A stretch of DNA of 64,000 nt from an uncultured Candidatus Rokubacteria bacterium (GTDB lineage Bacteria; Methylomirabilota; Methylomirabilia; Rokubacteriales; CSP1-6). Within the stretch, counting starts at the first letter, position 1. Every line of letters begins with the position of its first letter. This document shows positions 9,001 to 17,858 of this stretch, one piece after another. A program made the position numbers and the translations under genes. Below the pieces are notes generated by a model, which did no database searches, was not told the origin of the DNA, and was given only the letters and a program-made list of their open reading frames with translations. The stretch spans positions 82,772 through 146,771 of the forward strand of contig CAVXJS010000013.1 in NCBI GenBank assembly GCA_963762145.1. The letters are read 5' to 3'.

Positions 9001-10357
9001 ATGTCGACACTCGTCGGATCGTCCTTTCACGGTTCAGCCGACGCCGCCATCCATTGCGGAGATGGATCGCCTCGGTGACCAGATCGCCGAGCTCTCCGCC
9101 CATCTCGAGGCGGCGACGGCCCGCTTGCTTGCGCTGGTCCGTGAGTTCGATGCGCGCGGAGGCTGGGCCAACGGCTTCCGCTCCTGCGCCGAATGGCTCG
9201 CCTGGCGGGTGAGACCTCGACCTGGGCGCAGCCCGTGAGCGAGTCCGGGTTGCGCGCGCCCTCGGAACGCTGCCCGCCCTGGCCGACGCCCTGGCACGCG
9301 GTGAGCTCTCTTATGCCAAAGTCCGTGCTCTGACCCGCATCGCGACCCCCGAGACCGAAGCCCGGCTGCTCGCCGTGGGGCGCGGCGGCACGGCGGCCCA
9401 CGTGGAGAGCATCGTGCGGGGCTGGCGCCGCTTCGACGGGCAGGCCGAGGCCCGCGTGGCCACGTGCCAGCACGCAGGCCGGGCGCTGCACGTCCACCAG
9501 GAGGAGGATGGCACCGTGGTCCTCCGCGGGCGCCTGACGCCGGAGGTCGGAGCGCTACTCCTCCGGGCTCTTGACGCCGCTCGCGAGACGCTGTATCAGC
9601 GCCGCCGCCCGAGGCCGCTCAGCCGGCCACTGACCCGGCAGCAGAGGCCCTGACCCGGCCGCAGCAGCAGGCCGACGCCCTGGCCCTGCTGGCGGAGACG
9701 GCGCTGCATCACGAGCTCGACCCGGGCGCGCCCGGGGAGCGGTACCAGGTGGTGGTGCACGTGGACGCCACGGTCCTGGCGGACCCGGCCACGCCAGGGC
9801 AATCGGTGCTGGAGGAGGGGACGCGCGTTTCCGCGGAAACGTCGCGGCGGCTGGCGTGTGACGCGAGCCGGGTAGTGATGCGGCACGATGCGGACGGGCG
9901 GGTGGTGGAGGTCGGGGCCCGAACACGCACGATCCCGCCTGCCCTACGACGGGCGCTGCAGCAGCGGGACAAGACCTGCCGCTTCCCGGGCTGCAATGTC
10001 CGGATCGCTGAGGGGCATCACGTACGCCATTGGGCCCACGCGGGTCCGACAAAACTATCGAATCTGGCGCTCCTCTGCCGCCGGCATCACCGGGCGGTGC
10101 AGGAGGAGGGTTACCAGCTCGAGCGACTACCCGACGGGGCGCTCGAGTTCCGACGCCCGGATGGCCGGCCGCTGCCGGACGTGCCGCCGCCGGCGGCGGT
10201 GCCCGCGGATCCCGCCGGAGGGATCCGAGCGCAGAACGCTGCGCAGGGGCTCACGGTCCATGCGCGCACGGGGCTCGCGCAGTGGTATGGAGAGCGATTG
10301 GACGTGCGCTGGGCGCTCGATCTACTGCACCCGCGGGCGGGCCGATCCGTTCGATGA
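9001..10357 (+). pseudogene. DUF222 + HNH endonuclease (13E12-repeat-like), frameshifted
   Basis: LGDQIAELSAHL..FDARGGW..FRSCAEWL, then RRLACDA, CRFPGC..HH..HW and NLALLCRRHH; at least 3 frame breaks (about 9050, 9212, 9650) in a region whose neighbours are intact; a conserved HNH His appears as Q. Confidence 0.75.
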
Positions 10358-10397
10358 TGTCGCAGCACGGTCGACTGGGCCAAGCGCGGCGAGAGAT

Positions 10398-10426
10398 TCC
10401 ACCCGTTTCCTGTTGTCCTCCGTATA
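10398..10426 (+). promoter_or_regulatory. Putative ECF-type (autoregulatory) promoter
   Basis: CCACCC-N16-CGTATA directly upstream of the ECF sigma gene; CGTA is a typical ECF -10. Confidence 0.4.
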
Positions 10427-10445
10427 TCTCCTGTGAGGGCATGAG

Positions 10446-10982
10446 ATGGACGTGGAGCGGGAGCTGATGGAGCGGGTGGCGAAGGGCGACCAGGGCGCGT
10501 TCGGCGACCTGGCCCAGCGCTACAGCGGCAAGCTGCTGGCGGTGGCCGGGCGGCTGCTCGGCTCCCGGGTAGACGCCGAGGACGCCGTCCAGCGCGCGTT
10601 CCTGCAGTGCTACGCGGGGGCGGCCGGCTACAACCCGCGCTGGGCCGTCTCCACCTGGCTGTACCGCATCCTCACCAACGTGTGCGTGGACGAGCTGCGG
10701 CGCCGCGCCACCCGCACCGCCCACGACGAGCGCTCGGCCGCCGGGCCCCTCACGTCGAGCAACCACCGCCCGCCCGACGCCTATCTCGATCTGCACCGGG
10801 CGTTCGAGCGGGTGCCGCGCGAGGCGCGGGTGCTCCTGGCCCTCCGCTATGTGGACGGGCTCTCCTACGGAGAGCTGGCGCGGATCCGCGGCATCACGAT
10901 CAATACCGTGAAGAGCCAGCTCGCGCGGGGCAAGGCCCTGCTGCGAGATGAGCTCGGCAAGCGAGGAGCAGGCCATGATTGA
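10446..10982 (+). CDS. ECF RNA polymerase sigma factor
   Basis: GDQGAF, DAEDAVQ, STWLYRI..N and LSYGELA..INTVKSQLARGK (regions 2 and 4). Confidence 0.92.
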   Translation: MDVERELMERVAKGDQGAFGDLAQRYSGKLLAVAGRLLGSRVDAEDAVQRAFLQCYAGAAGYNPRWAVSTWLYRILTNVCVDELRRRATRTAHDERSAAGPLTSSNHRPPDAYLDLHRAFERVPREARVLLALRYVDGLSYGELARIRGITINTVKSQLARGKALLRDELGKRGAGHD

Positions 10983-11703
10983 CGCCAAGGGACAGGGACA
11001 GGATCATCTCGACCGGCTGCTGGTGGACTACTTCCGCCCGGAGACATCTCCGGCGGACATGGGGCGGCGGCTCGCGGCGGCGGCCCGCGAGTCCGAGACC
11101 GCGCTGACGCGGCTCGAAGGCCAGCTGGGTATCGAGGCGACGCCGCGAGGCATCTCGCTCGTCCGCACCGGCCCGGCCGGGAAGCCGGCCACCGCGGCCG
11201 CGCGGAAGCTGATCGACCAGGCGCGGGAGGAGATCCACGAGTACCTGCGGGGCCAGCGCGCCTTCTTCCGGGTGCCGGTGGATCTTCGCACGGTGCCGGA
11301 CTTTCAGCGGAAAGTCCTGGAGGCGGCCCGGCGCATCCCGTTCGGCGAGGGGCGGCCCTACGCGTGGATCGCCGAGCGCATCGGCAATCCCCGCGCGGTG
11401 CGGGCGGTGGGCACCGCGCTCGGCCGCAACCCGGTGCCGCTCATCCTGCCCTGCCACCGCGTGTGGCGGAGCGACGGCGGTCTCGGCGGCTACATCTTCG
11501 GCGCGGCGGTGAAGGACGGGCTCGCCGCGCTCGAGCGCACCACGCCGGTGCTGGAGGGCTGCACGAGCACCCGCATCGTGTGCCGCGTGGGCTGCATCCA
11601 CGGCCGCCACATGCGTCCGGACAACCGCGTGGTGTTCGCCTCGGTGGACGACGCGCGCTCGGTGGGGTATCGGCCGTGCAAAGTATGCCGACCGGCGGCC
11701 TGA
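10975..11703 (+). CDS. Methylated-DNA-protein-cysteine methyltransferase (Ogt) fused to a C-terminal Ada Zn-binding domain
   Basis: AVRAVGTALGRNP..PCHRV active site; C-terminal STRIVCRVGC...GYRPCKVCRP is an Ada metal-binding motif. Confidence 0.9.
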   Translation: MIDAKGQGQDHLDRLLVDYFRPETSPADMGRRLAAAARESETALTRLEGQLGIEATPRGISLVRTGPAGKPATAAARKLIDQAREEIHEYLRGQRAFFRVPVDLRTVPDFQRKVLEAARRIPFGEGRPYAWIAERIGNPRAVRAVGTALGRNPVPLILPCHRVWRSDGGLGGYIFGAAVKDGLAALERTTPVLEGCTSTRIVCRVGCIHGRHMRPDNRVVFASVDDARSVGYRPCKVCRPAA

Positions 11704-12419
11704 AGCCCGCTGCCTCCATCGCGGCGCGGCTCGAGCGGGTGGACTGGGCGAAGGTGGCCCGGGCCCTGGATGAGCGGGGCTGGGCCACCACGCCGCCGCT
11801 GCTCACCGCCGCCGAGTGCGCGGATCTCATCCGCCTGTACGCGGACGAGCGGCGCTTCCGGAGCCAGGTGGACATGGCGCGCTTCCGCTTCGGGGAGGGG
11901 GAGTACAAGTACTTCGCGAACCCGCTTCCGCCCGTCGTGCGCGAGCTGCGCCGGCACGCCTATCCCTATCTGGCGCCGATCGCGACCGCGTGGGAGGCCA
12001 CGCTCGGGAGCGATCGGCGCTATCCGCCCGAGCTGGACGGCTTCCTCGCGGTGTGCGCCGAGCACGGGCAGACCAAGCCCACGCCGCTGCTGCTGCGGTA
12101 CGAGGCTGGCGGGTACAACTGTCTCCACCAGGATCTTTACGGCGACGTGGCCTTCCCGCTGCAGATGACGTGCTTGCTGAGCCGTCCGGGAGCTGACTTC
12201 AAGGGCGGAGAGTTCCTGCTGGTGGAGCAGCGGCCCCGCGCGCAGTCGACGGGGTCGGTCGTGCCGCTCGAGCGCGGTCAGATCGTGATCTTCGCCACGC
12301 GTCATCGCCCGGCGCGAGGCACGCGCGGGGCGTACCGCGTCACGCTGCGCCACGGCGTGAGTCGCATCGGCTCGGGCGAGCGCTACACCCTCGGGGTGAT
12401 CTTCCACGACGCGAAGTAG
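11700..12419 (+). CDS. 2OG-Fe(II) oxygenase (DUF2086-like)
   Basis: GEYKYF, PTPLLLRY, NCLHQDLYG, EQRPRAQS and RHGVS..GERYTLGVIFHDA; start uncertain (CTG overlapping the upstream TGA). Confidence 0.85.
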   Translation: MKPAASIAARLERVDWAKVARALDERGWATTPPLLTAAECADLIRLYADERRFRSQVDMARFRFGEGEYKYFANPLPPVVRELRRHAYPYLAPIATAWEATLGSDRRYPPELDGFLAVCAEHGQTKPTPLLLRYEAGGYNCLHQDLYGDVAFPLQMTCLLSRPGADFKGGEFLLVEQRPRAQSTGSVVPLERGQIVIFATRHRPARGTRGAYRVTLRHGVSRIGSGERYTLGVIFHDAK

Positions 12420-12509
12420 GCCCCCTCACCCTGCCCTCTCCCCGGAGGGGAGAGGGAGGAGCCAGCGTAACCCTCGCCCCCGGAGGGGGAGAGGGCAGGG
12501 TGAGGGGGC
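12420..12509. repeat. REP-like doublet (two inverted units) between convergent genes
   Basis: CCCCTCACCCTGCCCTCTCCCC..GGGGAGAGGG, linker, CCCTCGCCCCC..GGGGGAGAGGGCAGGGTGAGGGG. Confidence 0.9.
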
Positions 12510-13426
12510 TAAATCCGGGGGCGGATGTCGGCGGCGAAGGACTCGTAGATGCCGATCATGTCGTCGAGGTCGCGATAGCGTGTCTCGAGGAGCATGGACT
12601 CGACGCCCAGATCCCGGAAGGCGGCGAGGTCGCCGATCACCTGCTCGCGCGAGCCCTGCAAGGGCTTGCGGTCGGCCCCGAGCGGAGCGTCGCGTAGAGA
12701 CAGGCCGGCGCGCACGCTGATCGTCACCTGGTCGAACGGGCGATGCTGGCGCGCGCACTCCTCCCGTAGCCGCGCGATGTCGGCCTTGAGCGCGTCGGGG
12801 GTGATGAAGGCGGCGTGCCAGCCGTCGCCGAGCTCGACGACGCGGCGGAGGGCCAGTGGCGTATGGCCGCCGATCAGGATCGGGATGTCGCCACGGGTGG
12901 GCTTGGGGAAGACGCCGAGCCCGTCGAAGGAGAAGAACTCCCCATGATGCTCGGTCCGGGCGTCACGCCAGCAGGCGCGCATGACCGTGAGCGCCTCGTC
13001 GCTCCAGGCGCCGCGACGGTCGAAGTTACCGCCCAGTAGCTCGATCTCCTCGCGCATCCAGCCCACACCCACTCCGAGCACCAGGCGGCCTCCGGAGAGA
13101 TGGTCGAGGGTGGCGGCCATCTTGGCGGCCAGGACCGGGTTCCGGTGCGGGAGCACCAGGATGCTGGTGCCGAGCCGCACGCGCTCGGTGACGCCCGCCA
13201 CCAGCGCCAGCGTGGTGAGCGGCTCGAGGAAGGGCACCTCGGGCGCGAGCGGGAACTTGCCGGTGGGGCTGTACGGATAGGGCGTCGTCATCCGGTGCGG
13301 GATCACCACGTGATCGCTCGCCCACAGGGAATCGTAGCCGAGGGCCTCCATGCGCCGCGCGAAGGTGATCACCCCGTGGCGCGTGCCCACGGGACCGTAC
13401 ATGGGCAGGTGACAGCCGATCCTCAA
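12509..13426 (-). CDS. LLM-class (putative F420-dependent) oxidoreductase
   Basis: GYDSLWASDHV, RLGTSILVLP.RNP and LDHLSGGRLVLGVGVGW motifs. Confidence 0.9.
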   Translation of the reverse strand: MRIGCHLPMYGPVGTRHGVITFARRMEALGYDSLWASDHVVIPHRMTTPYPYSPTGKFPLAPEVPFLEPLTTLALVAGVTERVRLGTSILVLPHRNPVLAAKMAATLDHLSGGRLVLGVGVGWMREEIELLGGNFDRRGAWSDEALTVMRACWRDARTEHHGEFFSFDGLGVFPKPTRGDIPILIGGHTPLALRRVVELGDGWHAAFITPDALKADIARLREECARQHRPFDQVTISVRAGLSLRDAPLGADRKPLQGSREQVIGDLAAFRDLGVESMLLETRYRDLDDMIGIYESFAADIRPRI

Positions 13427-13448
13427 TGGAGTGCCTTGCCGGGAGCGG

Positions 13449-15053
13449 TCAGGCGCCCTGGGCGCCGGAGGAGTGGACGATGCGGTCGCGCAGCTCGTCG
13501 CGCGCGATCATCTCCCCGAGGCGGGAGCGCTGGATCTTGCCCGACGAGGTCTTGGGGATCGTGCTGGGCAGCACCAGCAGCACGCGGGCGGGGCGATGGC
13601 CCCGGCCCTCGCGGACGCGCTGGACGATCTCCCGGACCAGGCGCGAGTGCGTGTCGGCGTCGGCGGCCTGCTCGCGCACCTCGGCCACCACGTGCAGGCG
13701 CTGGGTGCCGGTCCGCTCGCTCTCCACCCCGACCGCCGCCGAGTAGCGCACGCCGGGCACGTGGTCCACGATCTCCTCGATGTCGGCCGGGATCACGTTC
13801 TCGCCGCCCAGGATGATCACGTCCTTGAGCCGCCCGGTGACGTAGAGGAAGCCCTCCGCGTCCAGGAAGCCCAGGTCCCCGGTGCGCAGCCACCCGTCGG
13901 GCGACAGGACCTTCCGGGTGGCCTCGGGATTCTTGTAGTAGCCCTGCATGACGCCCGGGCTCGAGACGCAGATCTCCGCCTCGACGCCCGGCTTGACCTC
14001 CTCCTCGCCGTCCATGATCCGCACGCGGACGCCGCGGCAGGGTTGACCGACCGAGAGGAACTTGCCCGAGCTGTCCAGGCGGAGCGGGGTGCGCCGGGGC
14101 CAGATCGCCACCGCCAGGGTCGCCTCGGCGAGGCCGTAGCAGGGGGTGATGAGGTTCGGCGCGTCGAACTTCCGCTCGAAGGCCTCGATGGTGCTGAGGC
14201 GCACCGGCTCCGCGCCGGAGAGCGCCTGCTTGAGCGAGGAGAGATCGAGGCCGGTGGTGTCTGAGATGTTGCGCACGCAGTTGCGGTAGCCGAAGTCGGG
14301 CGAGACCGTGAACGTGGCGCCGACGCGGGTGACCATCTCGAGCCACACGCGCGGGTTCTTGAGATCGGGCGGCAGCAGGTGGAGCGGCGCCCCGTTCCAC
14401 GGCGGCGTGAACGCGCAGCCGATCAGGCCCATGTCGTGGTAGAGCGGCAGCCAGGAGACGACGACGTCGTCGCGGGTGAGCTGCGCCGCCTCCGCCATGA
14501 ACTCGACGGTGCGCACCACGTTGGCGTGGCTCAGCACGACGCCGCGCGGCTGGCCGGTGCTGCCCGAGGTGTACTGGATGAAGGCCACGTCGTCGGTGGC
14601 CGCGGTCGGGAAGGCCGGCGCGGGACCGTCCACCTCCAGATCGCTCGGCTCCAGCACGTGCCGGATATTGGGCGCGGCGGCCTGCGACTCCTCCACCCCC
14701 GAGCGGAACCAGCCGATGGTGGCCACCACCTTCGCTTCCGAGTCGCGGAAGATGTTGGCGGTCGCCTCGACGCCCAGGGTGGGGTAGAGCGGCACCGGCA
14801 CCGCGCCCAGACGGAGCGCGCCGAAGAAGGTGTAGAAGAACTCGGCGCAGGTCGGATAGATCAGGCAGACCTTGTCGCCGCGGTCGATGCCGGCCCGCTT
14901 GAGGCCGGCCGCGTAGCGCGCGCTCTCCCGCCACAGACGACCGTACGGCACCGCTTCGTCGAAGAGGTGGAAGTACGGGGTGTCAGGATCCTGGGCGGCC
15001 CTGGCCCTCATCAGCTCGGTCAGGGTGGCCGGGATGGGTGCTCCTGGCTTCAC
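13449..15053 (-). CDS. Fatty acyl-AMP ligase-like AMP-binding protein
   Basis: QYTSGSTGQPRG, SWLPLYHDMGLIG, CYGLAEATL and PKTSSGKIQR; GTG start inferred from an upstream -10. Confidence 0.88.
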   Translation of the reverse strand: MKPGAPIPATLTELMRARAAQDPDTPYFHLFDEAVPYGRLWRESARYAAGLKRAGIDRGDKVCLIYPTCAEFFYTFFGALRLGAVPVPLYPTLGVEATANIFRDSEAKVVATIGWFRSGVEESQAAAPNIRHVLEPSDLEVDGPAPAFPTAATDDVAFIQYTSGSTGQPRGVVLSHANVVRTVEFMAEAAQLTRDDVVVSWLPLYHDMGLIGCAFTPPWNGAPLHLLPPDLKNPRVWLEMVTRVGATFTVSPDFGYRNCVRNISDTTGLDLSSLKQALSGAEPVRLSTIEAFERKFDAPNLITPCYGLAEATLAVAIWPRRTPLRLDSSGKFLSVGQPCRGVRVRIMDGEEEVKPGVEAEICVSSPGVMQGYYKNPEATRKVLSPDGWLRTGDLGFLDAEGFLYVTGRLKDVIILGGENVIPADIEEIVDHVPGVRYSAAVGVESERTGTQRLHVVAEVREQAADADTHSRLVREIVQRVREGRGHRPARVLLVLPSTIPKTSSGKIQRSRLGEMIARDELRDRIVHSSGAQGA

Positions 15054-15117
15054 GGGCGTGATTCTAGCGAAACCGCCCCGCCCGGGAAAGGATTCTCGTA
15101 CTCTGGCCGAGAAAGCC

Positions 15118-15375
15118 GTGACGCGAGGATTCGGGATCCTGCCGGTGCTGGGGCTCTTCGCGGCGTGCGCGTCCGCGCCCGCGTCGGTCAGGCCGCCCGC
15201 GATCCCGGCGGAACCGCGGCCGACCGCCTGCGAGAAGCGCGCGCTCATGACGGGACAGGTCGCCGACTCGAGCCCGAAGGCGGTCGCCGAGGACCTGTCG
15301 TGGGGGGCGCTCGCGCCCGAGACCTGCCCGGATGCGGGCGGCCGCGTGATCCTCGGCCCGCCGTGGGAGCGCTGA
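15118..15375 (+). CDS. Hypothetical small lipoprotein
   Basis: Signal peptide with lipobox LFAA-C; fills the gap between minus-strand genes. Confidence 0.45.
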   Translation: MTRGFGILPVLGLFAACASAPASVRPPAIPAEPRPTACEKRALMTGQVADSSPKAVAEDLSWGALAPETCPDAGGRVILGPPWER

Positions 15376-15394
15376 CGCGCGTGGCGCGCGGACG

Positions 15395-16111
15395 CTAGCG
15401 GTCGAGGGCGATCAGGTCGAACGTCTCGGCGTACGCATAGCCCCTGGGCTTGCCGAGCTCGGCGCCGCGCTCGCGGACGCGCTTCTCCACCGCGGCGAAG
15501 TCCTTGAACTGGCTCGCGTGGCAGGCCAGCGCCTTGATCTTGAGATCGATCGTGTCCGAGATGTCCACGACCACCTCGGGGTTCTCCCACCACATGAGGT
15601 AGACCTCGCGGACCTTGTGGGGCTCGAGGCCCTGGGCCATCAGCTCCGGGAACGCCATGTGATCCCGCGCGAGCGGGTAGACGCAGTCGAGCGCGATGCC
15701 GGCCACCGTGCGGTGATCCCGGTGCGAGGCGCCCAGGTTCTTCGTGCGGTGCGGATTCTGGATGATGAGCCGGTCCGGGCGGTGGCGGCGGATCGCGGCG
15801 GTCACCGCCAGGCGCGATTCGCGCGTGTCCTCGACCTCGCAGTCCGGGAAGCCCAGGAAGTCGACCGTCTCCACGCCCAGCACCCGGGCCGCGCTGCGCT
15901 GCTCGTCCTCGCGGATCCGGGCGAGACGCTCGGGGGTCATGCTCCGGTCACCCGAGCCCTTGTTGCCGTTGGTGACGATGCAGTAGGCGACCTGCATGCC
16001 CTCCCGCACGAGCTTGGCGATGGTGCCGCCGGCGCCGAACTCGGAGTCGTCGGGGTGAGCGGTGATCACCAGCACGCGCTGGATCGGGGGCTTCGGCGAC
16101 GCATCGGGCAT
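15395..16111 (-). CDS. PIG-L/LmbE-family deacetylase
   Basis: AHPDD, VTNG..G, HRDH and KIKALACHASQ motifs. Confidence 0.92.
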   Translation of the reverse strand: MPDASPKPPIQRVLVITAHPDDSEFGAGGTIAKLVREGMQVAYCIVTNGNKGSGDRSMTPERLARIREDEQRSAARVLGVETVDFLGFPDCEVEDTRESRLAVTAAIRRHRPDRLIIQNPHRTKNLGASHRDHRTVAGIALDCVYPLARDHMAFPELMAQGLEPHKVREVYLMWWENPEVVVDISDTIDLKIKALACHASQFKDFAAVEKRVRERGAELGKPRGYAYAETFDLIALDR

Positions 16112-16164
16112 GGAGAAGGCTCCTTTCGTGCTCGCTATCTTACCATCCCGCTATAATGCGGCCG

Positions 16165-16383
16165 GTGACCACGCGGACCACCGGTGCCGTCCTGCTCGTG
16201 CTGCTGCTCGCGGGCTTCCTCCTCCTCGGCGCGCTCCCGAACCAGGTGGCGAGCATTCGCGTGGCCGGCCTCTCGCTGCTGTGGTGGTACGGTGGCGTGC
16301 TCGCGCCGGCGCTGGCGGTCCTCGTCGCGATCCGCTGGCTCGGCGCGCCGGCGCCCGCCGCGGTCCCGTCGCGGGACGAATGA
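16165..16383 (+). CDS. Small 2-TM membrane protein (resembles solute-symporter small subunits, DUF485/DUF4212-like)
   Basis: Two hydrophobic helices around IRVAGLSLLWWYG; ATGA-coupled to the next gene; alternative start 16156. Confidence 0.55.
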   Translation: MTTRTTGAVLLVLLLAGFLLLGALPNQVASIRVAGLSLLWWYGGVLAPALAVLVAIRWLGAPAPAAVPSRDE

Positions 16384-17858
16384 CGTCGGTCGCGCGCATC
16401 CTGGCGGGCTGGCTCACGCCGGTGATGGTGCTGGCGGTGCCGGCGGCCCTCGCCGCGCGCGGGGCCGATGGTCTCTGGCTCGGCCTCGTGGTGGCGCTGG
16501 CGCCGCTCGTCGCGCTGGGGTGGGGGGCCGGCTACCCGCACCCGGGGGACGACGTGCGGGGCAGCGAGACGCTCTTTCCCGTCGTCACGCTGCTCATCAC
16601 GGTGGGCGTGCTGCTCTGGGCGAACATCGCACTGGCGGGCGACGTCACCGCGTGGCTCGGCGGGCGGCGGTGGCAGGGCATCGTGGTCACCGCGGCGGCG
16701 GGGTGGCTCCTGACCGCCTGGCGGCCCCTGCGGCGGACCGCCCCGCTGCTCCTCGCGATCGCGTTCGTGGCCGCGGTCGTGGTGCTCCTGCAGCTCGCGT
16801 GGGCGCTCGCGCTCGGGCCCATCGCGGCGTGGGATCGTGTGGCCAGCCAGCCGGCCTTCCGCTTCCCGCCCTCGAGCCCCTGGGTCATCGGGGGGCGCGA
16901 TCTGGGCGTGGTGCGGGGCGGCGCGCCGCTCGTGCTCGACGAGGTGCATCGCCTGACCGCGCCCGCCGGCGGCATCCTGCGCGCCCGCACGATGGACGGC
17001 GGGCGTCCCGCCGCGATCGAGTGGACGCTGGCGCCGGGGCAGACCGTGACGCTGCGGGCGGGCGACGAGATCTCGCGCGCCTCGACGCTGCGGCTCCGCT
17101 TCGAGGCCGACAAGCGGGTCCCCGGCGCGCCGGCCTCCGGCACGGCCTGGGCCGACGGTAGGCCGCGCCGCGGGCTCGAGCGCGTCGGCCTGCTGGTCAC
17201 GCTGCTGGCCGGCGCGGCCGCGTTGCTGCGCGCGGGGCTCACGGTGCGGCTCTCCCGCGATCGAGTGAGCCTCGTGGCGGCCGGGCTGCTGCTCGCCTTC
17301 GTGTGGGCGCAGGCCTGGGCGGTCTATGCGCTGATCCAGGCCCCCGATCTCTTCCTGGGCGGCCTGACGCTCGAGCGGCTGCTCGAGCTGCCGCCGCACG
17401 CGCTCTTCGCCGAGCCGTGGCGCCGGACGCTCCAGATGCTGCTGCTGGCCGCCGGCCTCGCGGCCTTCCTCGCCTCGAGCCTCGCGCTGCGCGAGCGCCT
17501 CGGCGCGCTCGACGCCACCGGCGGCGGCGAGATCGGCCACGATCCGGGGCTGTGGGCGGGTCTCTTCGGCGGGGCCGCGGTCGCCAGCCTGTGGCCGGTG
17601 GATCCGTGGGCGCTGAGCCTGCTCGCCCTGGGTGGCGCGGGGTGCGTGCTCGGACCCGCCGCGCTCTGGCCGCCCCGCCACGGCCGCACCGCGACCACCG
17701 CCGGGGCGATCGGGCTCATCGTGTTCGTCGGGCTGGCCGCGGCGCAGCTCCGCGGGGCGAGTGGCGGGCTCCTGGGCGCGGCCATCGCCTATCCGGCGCT
17801 CGTGGCCGCGCCCGCGGGGGCGCTCGTCCTGTGGATCGGCCGGCGCATGCGGCCGTGA
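16380..17858 (+). CDS. Multi-pass membrane protein, possibly a divergent sodium:solute symporter-like protein
   Basis: About 12 hydrophobic segments with a central soluble insertion; paired with the small membrane gene. Confidence 0.55.
   Translation: MTSVARILAGWLTPVMVLAVPAALAARGADGLWLGLVVALAPLVALGWGAGYPHPGDDVRGSETLFPVVTLLITVGVLLWANIALAGDVTAWLGGRRWQGIVVTAAAGWLLTAWRPLRRTAPLLLAIAFVAAVVVLLQLAWALALGPIAAWDRVASQPAFRFPPSSPWVIGGRDLGVVRGGAPLVLDEVHRLTAPAGGILRARTMDGGRPAAIEWTLAPGQTVTLRAGDEISRASTLRLRFEADKRVPGAPASGTAWADGRPRRGLERVGLLVTLLAGAAALLRAGLTVRLSRDRVSLVAAGLLLAFVWAQAWAVYALIQAPDLFLGGLTLERLLELPPHALFAEPWRRTLQMLLLAAGLAAFLASSLALRERLGALDATGGGEIGHDPGLWAGLFGGAAVASLWPVDPWALSLLALGGAGCVLGPAALWPPRHGRTATTAGAIGLIVFVGLAAAQLRGASGGLLGAAIAYPALVAAPAGALVLWIGRRMRP

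Noticed and set aside
12420-12509. CRISPR array or tRNA
   Set aside because: Repeats are dispersed inverted units with no spacer array, no cas genes and no cloverleaf
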